From Octopus sinensis (Eukaryota): DNA of 64,000 bases. The notes beneath the pieces were generated by a model. The model saw only the letters and a program-made list of their open reading frames with translations. It did no database searches and was not told the DNA's origin. The position numbers were made by a program, and so were the translations under genes. Positions within the stretch are counted from its first letter, which is position 1, and each line of letters starts with the position of its first letter. Positions 51,684 through 64,000 of this stretch are shown here, in pieces. The stretch is taken from contig NC_043004.1 of NCBI RefSeq assembly GCF_006345805.1, forward strand, positions 79,422,001 to 79,486,000, read 5' to 3'.

Positions 51684-53213
51684 CACAGTTGAGTTTATAT
51701 AGGATTATATCCTATAAATGCTCATAATACACCTTATATATACACACAAGTATTCAGGATTTAATTTCCTCTTAAGGGATTATCTATAAGTCTAGATACC
51801 AACTGGTGTTATCAAAAATATTGAAAGAAAGTTCCACAATATATAAACAGTCCAATAATGTGTAAAGTTAATAGAAAAAGGAGAAGAAAAAATATAGTGG
51901 ATACTTGGTTAAATTTATTTGTATCCGACTAAATGTAATTTTTATTGCATCTAAAATAGATTGAATGCTGATAGTTCAAACCTAAAGCCGGACTGAAACA
52001 TGTAGGATTTTTTCTGGTTATTTCTTTTGTTGATCCATTCCTGAATCTTACATGTATTACTTTCCATTGTGGTACAAATCAATTTAACTGAGATTTCACT
52101 ATATTTGTTTTTCTTTGCCATTTTCTTTAATTTTATATATATATATATATATATAGGTACGATTAGATGCACACCAATTAAACCACATAGGTTTCAGCTC
52201 TAATGTTAATCATGTTAAACTAGAATTATTGCTTGCACACATGTTGTCTGCATCTGATGGTGGGCTATGGCATAATACAAAGAGCGCATGATGGCCAGCT
52301 TAACTACCTACCTCCTCCATCCCCCTCCCGCATGTGCCTCCAGTGTGTCTCAATTTGATTGCTGCTTGTCTAATATTTCTACATTGATTATCTGACAATG
52401 TGTTTGCTACATGTTTGTTCCATGAGCTGCATCTACTGGCTGCATCTGTAGTGTGGTGCCAGGCATTGCTGAATAGTGAAACATATGTAACAGGAAAAAA
52501 GGAATACCAAGCTATGCCCATGTTCTATCAATTTATATCATCATCATCATCATAAACGTTTAACGTCCAATTTCCATGCTGGCATGGGTTGGATGGTTTG
52601 CCTGAGGGCTGGCAAGCCAGAAGGCTGCACGAGGCTCCGATCTAATTTGTTAAAGTTTCTACAGCTGAACGTCCTTCCTAATGCCAACCACTCCGAGAGT
52701 GAAGTGGGTGCTTTTTACATGCCACCAGCATGAGGACTAGTCAGGCGGCACCAGCAACAACCATGCTTGAATGGTCCTTTTAATGTACCACCGGCACAGG
52801 ACCAGTCAACCGGCAGTGGCATCGACCACGCTTGAATGGTGCTTTTTATATGCCACCAAATTATATATATATATATATCATCATCGTTTAATGTCCGTTT
52901 TCATGTTGACATGGGCTGGACAGTTCAACTGAGGTTTGGAGACCCAGCAGCTGCACCAGGCTCCAATCTGATAATGTTTCTACAGCCGGATGCCTTTCCT
53001 AATAGTAAAATTGAAATAAGTGCATACATAACAACTATGCTGAATTCAAGGATAACAATGTATGTTGCCTTGGAACACATCTGTCTTCCCCACAACCCCA
53101 TCCCACAACCCCATCCCACACATACTATCCCATTAAAAAAAAATCCAGACTAAACTAATACCAAGAAACACCAACAAATATTATTGTGTTTTTAATGAAG
53201 AAAGGTAACTTAC

Positions 53214-53264
53214 CTTTAATCGGACACATCTTCGCCGATCACCCCTCATCATTTTATCTTTGGA
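53214..53264 (-). CDS. OSBPL9: OSBPL9/ORP9 internal exon (PH domain): SKDKMMRGDRRRCVRLK
   Basis: 51 nt, AG acceptor and GTAAGT donor, phase 0-0. Matches recalled vertebrate ORP9 SKDKMMRGSRRGCVRLR. Confidence 0.93.
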
Positions 53265-53436
53265 CTAAAGGGAAAAATAACAGAAAAATTGGATTTACAC
53301 AGGTATTGATAATTTATTTAAATTTAAAGGAATTTAGAACAATTCAGAATTAATCTAAAAATAAGGTAAGTTAAAGTTTGCCTTCATAACACAGCAGTGT
53401 TATCAGGATAAACTTTCTTCATTCATTACAGCTTAA

Positions 53437-53636
53437 CCCTTTAGCATTTAAACTGTTCAATACAGACTGAATATTTTACTGGTTTTATGTTCAAACTGGT
53501 CTGATCCAACTTTTCACACCTACCCTACAATATCACTCTAAAAATAGACAACTATATTATCAAAATCTTGAAGCTATGAGATTTGAAGCTACAAGGTAAG
53601 GCATGATTAATTCAAAAATATGTGAACACTAAGGGA
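53437..53636. mobile_element. piggyBac-like MITE (second family)
   Basis: TTAA|CCCTTTAG ... CTAAGGGA|TTAA termini. Confidence 0.6.
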
Positions 53637-54009
53637 TTAAGTTCATCATATCAACACTGTTTTTATGTCTATAGATAAACTGTTATGAGTATGCATAAGT
53701 ACAGTGCATGTGTGTGTGTGTGTTGTGTGTGTATGTAGCAAGAGAGAAAGGAACAGATAATCCAGGTGTTTACTTCAAATAGCACTCATGTGGGTGGCAA
53801 CTATCTGAAATTGCCTTTTATTCATTTGTTCAGCTATGAATAGATGACTGCACAAGCTATCGTGCCATATACATTACACAAAGGGCAAGATGTCACAGTT
53901 CTCATCCAGGTCTACATACATGCTGTTTGGTCTGTCACTTGTACATTGTTGAAACAATTGTAAACCATGGGAGGAGTATAAAGTCAGCTACTCCATTTAT
54001 TAATTTTAT

Positions 54010-54360
54010 TCTACTATAAATCTGAGTGATGTTTCTCTGTTTGTTACATTTTTATGTTCTTTAACTCCTCCTAGACCGTTGGTGCAAGGACAATGAAACT
54101 CAAACCAGCAACTCCTCTAATCCCACAGGGATGTCCTAAAGGGGTCTACTTTTTTAAGGGCCACCTATTTGGGATCCCATTGATCCCCTCTATTTTTACA
54201 GCATTTTAAACTAAATGTGGCACTGGCGACCAAATTGGAGCAATGATAATGAATTTCATACCATGGACTCCCAGGGAGTATTGTAAGGAGGTTCAATTTC
54301 TGAAGGGCCGCTTAAATGAGGCCCCTCTGACCCCCACTATTTTTAGTGCTCCTACACTTA
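54010..54360 (+). mobile_element. Helitron-like non-autonomous fragment
   Basis: TCTACTATAAA start and a CTCCTCCTAGACCGTT...TGAAACT block typical of Helitron/DINE-like repeats, with an internal two-copy repeat. No 3' end found. Confidence 0.4.
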
Positions 54361-55464
54361 TTGATTAAACTGATCAGCATCAGTGCTAAGCACATTTGCA
54401 GAAATAAGTTTGGGCATTCTAAATACCTTCACGTACATTCAAATTGAGATAAAGAGTTATAAGAGGTACATTTCAAGTGTTGTAGTGTGGATATTTATAT
54501 TTTGTAGTTTTTGAAACTTGTCTAATATATATATATATGTGAAATACAGCCACATATAATACATCATCATCATTTAACATGTTTCCCATGATAGCATGTG
54601 TTGGACAGCTTGACAGGAACTGGCTAGGTCAGGGGCCACACCTGGTTCCATAGTCTGTTTTGGCTTGGTTTCTATGGTCTGATGCCCTTCCTAGCACCAA
54701 CTACAGAGTGTACTGGGTGCTTTTTACATGGTACCATCACCAAAATGTTTTAGGTAGCACCAGTGCTTTTTACATGGCACTGTGGTTTTAGGATCTCCAT
54801 TCTGTTCTGGTAGGCACACACATATATATTATATACCATTATTAGCAACAACTGCATTCTAGCAATGGAAGCATTCTCAACAATGGAAGCATTCAAAATA
54901 GCATTCTGTAAATCTTAGTTGATATAGATATACTGTAAAATAGCCAGGAAAAAAAGTGATATTTGTCTTGAGAAAGCATCTTGTTTAGATGCACAGTGCT
55001 AAAAAGCACAGAAATATATTCCTGAGCAGACAGAAAGCATCCAGCAGCAGCAATGGAATTGCTAATTCTAAATTTCAGCATCTTTGAGAGTCATCATCAG
55101 CAAGTAACCATTAGTAATTACATGCTCAGACAAATTTCAAAATTAAGTCTTGTTGAAGAAAGTTCCTAGAGGTGTTTATTTAAATTATTTGTTTTTATTT
55201 TTATAACATTGTATCAATGGGAAAACCACAGCAGAAGGGTATAATAAAAAAAGGAAGCATCATCTTAACAATGCAATGTACAGCATTTGATATTTCATAT
55301 ACAATCTCAAAAAGGATCGATGAGTAATGGAGAGACAAATGGGATTCATTATTTCCTTAAATGAAGACATAGAATATTATCAACAAATTCTGAAAAGCAT
55401 TCATTACATTTTAAAAGAGACACAACACAAGAATATGAGGAGTACAAAAAAGTTGGATTTAAAT

Positions 55465-55813
55465 CAGGGGTTGGCAAACTTGTTATCTCATTGACCCCCT
55501 ATGTGAAATTGTTGATAACTTATTGACTTCTATCATATAAATTTCTAAAATAGAATTTTAAAGGATAATCAATAAAAAAAATTTCATGATTTAAAAGCAA
55601 TAATTTTTTCAGTCTTTTTTTTTTAATAAGAAATATTTAAAGAAAATTTATGAAAATGCTTAGTGAAATTAATAAAGAACTATAAAAATATAGTCATGTT
55701 GTGTCATTAACAATCCAGTGCTCTTAATGCTCAAAATCATTTCGGGTGTTTATCGAACTCATGGACAACCACAGACCCCTAGGAGGGAATACTAGCCACT
55801 TTGCCAACCATTG
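55465..55813. mobile_element. hAT-like MITE
   Basis: TIRs CAGGGGTTGGCAAA / TTTGCCAACCATTG and 8-bp flanks ATTTAAAT / ATTTAAAG. Confidence 0.75.
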
Positions 55814-57214
55814 ATTTAAAGAGAAGGGTATCTGTTGAGCTGGTGGAGTTGAGTGAGTTTTAGAAGGTCACCAGAGTTAAGGAAAGATGAAAGAAACAAA
55901 TGGATATGGTACTTATGGGTGCATTCAAAAGAATGGAGTTTGGTCAAGTGGGTTTGCATGCAAGACTCAGCCAAAGACTGCCATAGTCTCAGTCACCTAA
56001 GAAGAAAACAATCACCAAAGGATTTGGTGTTTCAGAACTTATAGTTGTGAGAGTGGTTACATGCTTCAAAGTAGATGCCCAAGATGAAGACAAGTTGTGG
56101 AAAAAGAAGACAGTTCAGCAGAGGGCAAAAAGATGTTTAGATGTGAAAAAAACACCAAACCATTCTCCAACAGCACACAGTTAGAAGCTGCTGGCACCTC
56201 TCAAAAAAACTTTGTAATTATCAAAAAAGCCTAAGCCCCTGAAAATTTTGTTTCATTTATAGCGATTGTTAACGACCATTTCCAAAGCTCAGAATTTAAC
56301 AGTTAATTACATTAGATAACCATCACTTATAAATCCTCCTCATCATCATCATTTAAGGTCCATTTTCCATGCTGGCATGGGTTGGATAGTTTGACAGGAG
56401 CTGACAAGCCAGAGAGCTGCACTAGGTTCCAACTGTCTGTTTTGGCATGGTTTCTACAGTTGGGTGCCGTTCCTAATGCCAACCACCTTACAGAGTGGAC
56501 TTAGATGCTTTTTATACAAGGTGCAGACATAGCTGTGAGGTTGAGAAACTTGCTTTGTCATCACATTGGTTCAGGTTCAATCACACTGAATGGCACCTTG
56601 GCATCTTTTACTATAGCTCCAGGTCAGCTAATGGTTCGACAGTGAATTTGGTAGTTGGAAATTAAATGGAAGCCCATAGTGTGTGTGTGTGTGTGTGTGT
56701 GTGCAAGTGTGTATATATGTCTTTGTCCTTTCCAAACTACTTGACAAAGAGTGTTGGTTTGTTTACATCCTCATAACTTAGCAGTTTGACAAAAGAGGCT
56801 TGTAGAATAAGTACCAGATTTAAATAAGTGCTGGGGTCAATTTGTTTGTCTGAAACCCTTCAGGACAATGCCTCAGTGTTGTTGCAGTCCAAACACTGAA
56901 ACAAATAGAAGAAAAGCTAAGAGATAGGGCAATGCTATAACTCCCCCATTAAAGGTCCTAACCAACCCCAACGAGTTCTTCAAAAACAGTCCCTTTCAAG
57001 ACTTTTCAAGAGATTACTATATTTTTTTAGGAGTGCTCAGCATGGAGTTAGAAGAGAACTTTTACACCCAAGATAAATCAAGGACTGGACAACTTACCAA
57101 AATAATTTATAAACCAATACCAAAGACAGTTTGAATCAAATCTGAGAAATATAATTGTGAGTTTTAGTATGATACAACAAGTTCACATCCACAAGCTGCA
57201 ACCAACTGTAAAAA

Positions 57215-57281
57215 CATTATTATTATTATTATTATTAATATTATTATTATTATTATTAATATATTATTATTATTATTATAA

Positions 57282-57318
<37 letters not shown>

Positions 57319-57340
57319 ATTATTATTATTATTATTATTA
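57215..57340. repeat. (ATT)n microsatellite
   Basis: Directly visible. Confidence 0.95.
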
Positions 57341-57657
57341 AAGAAGGTTGTTGTGTAAGGCTGGAACAATGTGAGAACGGACAAAGTAAACTACAAAAGG
57401 AAAAAAAAAACGGAACAAAGTTGCAGTTTTACCTTGTATTTTCATATTTTGAGGTGAAGACACCCCACCCCACCCCCACCACTCTTCAGGACATTTGCAA
57501 GAAGTGGATGTTGGAAAAGGTTGTTGCTCACATGTGTGCAACAATATTATTATTATCATCATTATTACTATATTAATATTCAACATATTCTTTATCCATA
57601 AATTTATGTTTTGCTTAAATTATAAATTATGCATAACATTTAATCTATCAGTATGAG

Positions 57658-57755
57658 ATACATACATACATACATACATACATACACACACAAATGCATA
57701 TATATACACACACACACACATATATATATATGTATATATACACACAAAAATGCAC

Positions 57756-57788
<33 letters not shown>

Positions 57789-57803
57789 AATGTACACACA
57801 TGC

Positions 57804-57840
<37 letters not shown>

Positions 57841-57855
57841 AATGTACACACATGC

Positions 57856-57903
<48 letters not shown>

Positions 57904-58012
57904 CATACATACATACATACATATACATACATACATACAAACATACATACACACATACATACATACACACATACATACATATGCACACATACATACATAT
58001 GCACACATACAC

Positions 58013-58043
<31 letters not shown>

Positions 58044-58260
58044 AATGTACACACATGCATATATATATATATACACACACACACAAATGTACACACATGC
58101 ATATATATATATATATACACATACATACAAACACATGCATACATACACATATATATATACATACATACAAACATACATACATACACACATACATACATAT
58201 GCACACACACACACACAAACATAATCATACATACTCACATACCTACACCCTTCACATACA
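57658..58260. repeat. (AT)/(AC)/(ATAC) compound microsatellite with ~40-50-bp higher-order repeat
   Basis: Directly visible, with recurrent CACAAATGTACACACATGCATATAT. Source of the longest spurious ORFs. Confidence 0.95.
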
Positions 58261-58279
58261 CACTCCTCCTTCCGTACAT

Positions 58280-58850
58280 ATATATGGTTTGGACAGTTTG
58301 ACAGGATCCAATGAACTGGAAGGCTGTGTCAAGCTCCAATGTCTATTTTGGCCAATTTTCCACAGCTGGATGCACTTCCTAACATTAACCACTTTGCTAA
58401 GCATAGAAGATGCATTTTCACAGGACTCCAGTAATAGTGACGTTGCCAAGTAAGTATGTCCATTTTGCTTGCTTCTGTCCTTGCATAGATTTGATATGCA
58501 ATCTTTGCCATTTGTGAGGCCCAGCCTTCTCCTTTATTTCCCATGTCTTCCTCTTCTACAGGCCTTTTTTTCATTGTGATTGCTTGGCACTTTTTTATGC
58601 AACTAATATCCTTCACAAGCACCAGTGTCCAAACCAGTGCAGTCTCCTCTCTTATACACAAGTTTTTACTCTCAACACAGTTTTGCTCTATCAGTGACAC
58701 ACACCCTAATGCTATATATCCAACAGAGCATGCAGGCCCCATTTCTGTCCAGTCTTCACACATCCTCCCTATTCAAATCCCATGTTTCTCTGCTTTGCTA
58801 TAAAAGGTTACTTCCAACACAAACATCATACACTGAATCCTTTGCTCAGT
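58280..58850 (-). mobile_element. Old degenerate RTE-LINE 3' fragment
   Basis: Minus strand gives ...ISCIKKCQAITMKK... followed by family-C-like tail sequence. Confidence 0.5.
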
Positions 58851-60289
58851 GAATCATACACTGAATCCTTTGGATATATAACATTAGGGTGTGTATTACG
58901 GATAGAGCAAAAATATGTTGAGAATAAAACTTGTGTATAAGAGAGGAGACAGACAGACAACATTTTGAAGGCAATGTTGTGTCTATCTCTCTCTATCTGT
59001 CTATCTATATATCTAGGTGCATGGTTCAGTGGTTAGAGCATTGAGCTCACAATCATGAGATAGTGAGTTTGATTCCCAGACTGAGCTCTGTGTTGTGTTC
59101 TTGAGTAAAGACACTTTATTTTCCTGTGGCTCCCGTTCCCTCAGTTGCAGAAAAGAGTTGCAACATTGCTGGTGCCAAGTTGTATTGGCCCCTTTGCCTT
59201 CCCTTGGATATAATCAGTGGTGTGGAGACGGGAGTCTGGTATGCATGGGTGACTGCTGGTCTACCATAAAACAACTTTGCCCAGTTACTGAAATTGTAGG
59301 TGAAAACCTCATTAAAAAGTCTAAGCTACGAAAAATGCAGTGTGGCTTTTGGTTACAATAAAATTTTTAAAATTGTAAATAACCCCACAAAACTGACTTT
59401 GAATCAAACTGTTTCAGGGCTTGTAAAAGAACATATATATATATATATATATATATATGTTACAATAGTTGTGTTCAAATGAAAGAGCTTTATGCGATCA
59501 ATCTTATGGTGAAAACCTCATCAAAAAATATTAGCTACAAAAAAAGTGGCGTAGTTTAAGTAACGAAAAAAAATAAAGGCGATCATTTTAACAAATTAAT
59601 GGAAATATAGTTTTCATATTTCTATAGAAGCTCTGTGTGTGTGTGTATGTGTGTGTACATAAGTACATGTGAGAGAGAGAACAAGAGAAAAAGCAGGTGA
59701 GAGAGTTGGTAACATGCACAATAAATTTGCATATACACATACATTATACACTTGTTACATATATATACATACAAATGCACACACACACACAGTGACCTAA
59801 GATCAGGGATTGACTTAATAATTACTGAATAAACAGCAATGAACCATTGATAATATAGGAGGATAAGTTTACGCAAGAGAATTAAAGATATATTTACATT
59901 TGCTTACGATGTACACACTTTGAGAAGGAACTAAGCAATGAGAGAAGAAATAAAGACTTCACATGGTTTAGGTTTAAGATTCTGAACAGTTTTAAAGGCA
60001 ACGTTGGTGTCAGCTTTGCTGTTCACACACTTCATCAGGTCAAACAAACAAATTACCAGTGTTAAAGCTTTTTCTCTCTTTATAAGCAACTACATACATA
60101 CGTACATACATACATAAATATATATATATATGTGAACAAAAGGACTTTGTTCCAATTGAAAAGACGTCATTATGCAATGTCATTTATATTTTTTTTTATA
60201 TCTCTTCAGAAAAGAAAACAAATCAATTGCAGTATTAGTTGGATTGAGTTTTTAAATTGGAACCATATGTGTGTGTACGTGTGTATAGA

Positions 60290-60326
<37 letters not shown>

Positions 60327-60388
60327 GAGTGTATACACGCGTTTGTGTACTTACATGTGTGTATGTCTATGTGCATATACAAATGTGG

Positions 60389-60432
<44 letters not shown>

Positions 60433-62459
60433 GTGTGTGTATGCGTGCGTGTGTGCATGTGTGTGCATTCATATATGTGTTACCAATACCAAGAAGCTGA
60501 AGGTTTTTTCTTTTCTCTTTTTGCTAACACTCCACTTCAGACCTGACACCATAAAATAACTTTAGTCCATTAACTATGGTTGTTGTTTCCTATTGGTAAA
60601 AAAACACTAAAGCCACTGCTTTTAACTCCTTAAGAACCTTATACAATCTGATGCGCAAATTGCTCCTAAAATGTTATTGGAAGTTATATCTAGAGATGTA
60701 ATAAAAAAAAAATGTTAAACAGTCTGGCTAAACATGGTTATGAAAAACAGTGGCTCATCACAACATGCAGGGCATACTAAGATTCAACTATATGTAACTT
60801 ACAAAGGCATTAATTATTGTAGTTTGGGTATGAACCTATTTTTACGATTTGGCAGATGAATGGTGTTACTCAATACTCAAATGATGAAGCAATAACTTAG
60901 AATAACTAGGAAACAGTAGAGTTAATGTGTGGAGGTTGTTAACCCACTGGTGGTGGTGGTGACATCACCAGACATTTTTATTGGTCTTAAGAAACTTGCA
61001 GTGGATTTCAACCATTTTTTGCTTGTGGACCCCTTTTATTCTTATTTTATTCTACTGGACTCCCTTGTTAAAAAAATCCTATCATCATCATCATTTAACG
61101 TCTGCTTTCCATGCTAGCATGGGTTGGACAAATGACTGAGGGCTAGCGAACCAAATGGCTGCACTAGACTTCAATCTTGATCTGGCAGAGTTTCTACAGC
61201 TGAATGCCCTTCCTAACGCCAACCACTCCGAGAGTGTAGTGGGTGCTTTTATGTGCCACCGGCACGGGGCAAGTCAGGCGGTACTGGCAACGACCTTGCT
61301 CGAATCTTTTACACATGCCACCAGCACAGGTGCCAGTAAGGCGATGCTGGTATATTTTTGCAATTAAATATTTTAAGGAATTGTATAAAAAAAGCTGGAG
61401 CTTATCATAGTTCGTATTTGTATTTGGTTTGCAAGATTCTTGATGTGAATTCGTGTGTTGAAAGAAATACTATTGAACCTTCAAAGGGGCATTTTGCCAC
61501 TACCATAACCAATGTCAACCCTCCAACATTTATGCATTGCATCTTGGTATATCTTGGTCGGAGCTCATTCCTTTCCAAATACTGGAAATTAATGAAATGT
61601 AGTGATAGCTGCCTATTATAATCACAAATGTTGGGAAATGACCATTGCAAGCCAAATCAGGGGCCCTGCAAAATTTACTATCTAAAATTAATTAAAAGTT
61701 TTCAGCTCATTAAAATCAAAATTCAGACTAGTCTCATCAGAATTTTCAAGTCAACTGCTACACAACCAATAGAAAAGCTAAAGGCCAAAATAAAAGCCTG
61801 CTACTTGCAGACACAAGCTAGGTCTATGTTGGTGGTGGAACTGCATTTTGGCACAGGGTATGCAGCTAATGGTATGTCAACGATGGTCAGTGTGGTTTGC
61901 TATATTGGTGCATGTCATCCTCAGCATCGTTTAATGCTCATTTTTCTGTACTATCATGATTCAGTTGGGATTTGTTGAGGCAGATATTCTATGGCTGGAT
62001 ACCCTTCCTGTCACCAACCCTTAACTGTATCCAATCAAGGCAATATTTTCCCTTGGCCAGACATCTTTGTCAGAGAAGACTTGAAATAAACATTACTTGT
62101 ATGACTGTGATACTCATTTACGATCATAACACGATATCAAGAGGGGTACACACACACGTATCTATGATGGGTTTTGTTAAGTTTCCAAAAATAAAATCCC
62201 CCTCACAAAGCTTTGGATGGGCCAAGATTATAGAAGACACTTTCCCAAAGAGTTGCACATTGGGGATGAACTCCCAAGACCACAAGCCTCTCAATCATAC
62301 AACCATGTTTGCATATGTATGCGCACACACACACACACCCTGGGAGGTGTTTTCTCAGATAATATAATTAAATGATTATCGTTATTAAAATTAGTGAGTT
62401 TAAAATTCATCATACTAAAATTAATTAAAAATTATTCACTTTGTACAATGTTCTGAATA

Positions 62460-62675
62460 TTCTTTTCTACTCTAGGCACAAGTATCGAAATTTTTGGGGA
62501 GGGGTGAGTTGATTAGATTAACCCCAGTATGCAACTGGTACTTAACTTATTGACTCTGAAAGAAGGAAAGGCAAAGTCGACCTTGGCAGAATTTGAACTC
62601 AGAACGTCAAGATAGACGAAATACCGCTAAGCATTTCACGCAGTGTGCTAACGTTTCTGCCGGCTTGTCACCTTG
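62460..62675 (-). mobile_element. tRNA-derived SINE, family A
   Basis: Reverse complement of the family-A head and central domain. Confidence 0.8.
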
Positions 62676-63211
62676 ACAATGTTCTGAATATTGGTTGTAT
62701 CCTTTGATCAACATGACCAGTTGGTTACTGTTATCAGATTGATCACAGTAAGAGGCTTCCAATAACAGTGTCAAATTGACATTGCTGTCACTGCTTAAAG
62801 CAGCAAGTTGTTCTTAGCCAGCAGGAAATATTTTCAGCTGTGTCAACTGAGTCATATGACCCGGTGTCTTAGTAATGGACAGAATATAGCGCTAATGATA
62901 AGATATACATAGCTCAGCTGATTGTCTGGTAGTTTACATTCCATCATCAATATTCTCAAACTTATTGAAGAATTAATTCTTTAAAAAGTTTCAATAATCA
63001 GCTTTGGGCTAACTTACAATTTTCTAATTACATTCCACTGAAATTGGTGTAATTTCTCATCAGAAAGTAAGTACCAAGGCAAGAATTGACGAAGAATATT
63101 AAACTAAATGGATGCTTGATTTACCACATTTATAGCTCATTACACTGGGTACCCAATACCTACAGCAGACTGATGTTGAATAAATGAAATTATATCTTAT
63201 GTAAGAGGAAA

Positions 63212-63461
63212 TCTATATATATAAAACTGAGAACGTGTGTGTGTGTCTGTCTGTCTGTGTGAATCCCTAAAACTTGAGAACTACACAACTAATTTCATTC
63301 AAATTTTACACATGCCTTACTTAGGATCCATGTAGTACCTAGGGCGAGCTCACAGCAATATCATATCTTCTCAACTATTTCAGTTTATCAGAGAAAATAT
63401 AAAAGAAATGTTTAATTCTTCAATGTCATGTGACACGGGCAATGCCAGGTATCTCTGCTGG
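63212..63461 (+). mobile_element. Non-autonomous Helitron
   Basis: A|TCTATATATATAAAA 5' end and internal (GT)/(GTCT) microsatellite. Degenerate 3' hairpin CACGGGCAATGCCAGG, then CTGG|T (CTRR). Inserted between A and T. Confidence 0.7.
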
Positions 63462-64000
63462 TATATATATCCATATATAAACTAGTTGATACAGCAGGAA
63501 ATAGGACAAGCTGACCTACTGTTGAATAATTGAACACAAACACACAGACCCACATGGAGAATAACTTTCTGCATCACACATGCTTGCCTCCACGCACACA
63601 ATTTTTTTTCTGTTAAAATTAGGAACTTTTAGCAAGATTATCAACAGCATATGGTTAATACTTAAACAAGATTGTTGAATAGTCAGCCATCAAATTATTT
63701 TGGCACACTGGTGCTTAACTTAGATAAGAATAGTCATACATTTCTATATGGTACAACTGTTCTAATACTAAGCGTTGCTTTTAAACAAATCACAAAAGAT
63801 ATAAATTATGTAACAAAAATAGCCAGCTAAAAAACATTGTGACGTCTTTTGAAATTTGGTACATTCCGTGTATGAGTTGCTGAAGCTAATGTTTTCCTAT
63901 TTCCCTTTCTGTAGCTAAAGCTATGAAGTACATACAAATGGTTCTTATTTTCAGATATACTAATTCAGACACAATGGAATATTGTACCTGGTACCCAGCA

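Noticed and set aside
57620-58453. Longest ORFs in the track (176-266 aa), plus similar ones at 3313-3766, 22451-22830 and 37085-37593
   Set aside because: They are translations of microsatellites lacking stop codons (YI, HT, CV, SL repeats), open in several frames on both strands.

Overview
AT-rich, repeat-dense animal DNA, most likely an octopus (inferred from the SINE, RTE-LINE and microsatellite make-up). It is not prokaryotic. The window lies within one large minus-strand gene recognisable as OSBPL9/ORP9 (oxysterol-binding protein-related 9). Five short GT-AG exons (53264-53214, 49089-49011, 41732-41656, 26248-26156, 17170-17093) splice in frame and encode most of the PH domain plus the following helical region. 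The first exon and the lipid-binding-domain exons were not found and probably lie outside the window. Nearly everything else is intronic: tRNA-derived SINEs, 5'-truncated RTE/RTE-X LINE pieces, MITEs (piggyBac-, hAT-, Merlin-like), Helitron-like elements, a Tc1/mariner relic, a shrunken LTR element and long microsatellites. Most ORF-track entries are microsatellite or repeat artefacts. The best leads are: a genomic Arg codon where homologues have Gly (candidate restorative A-to-I recoding); an intronic ~340-bp tandem array whose copies keep a signal-peptide-like ORF; a minisatellite derived from LINE coding sequence and duplicated around a templated insertion; and a 294-bp near-perfect hairpin. 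No new biological system can be established from the sequence alone. Homologue comparisons are from memory, not from a database search.
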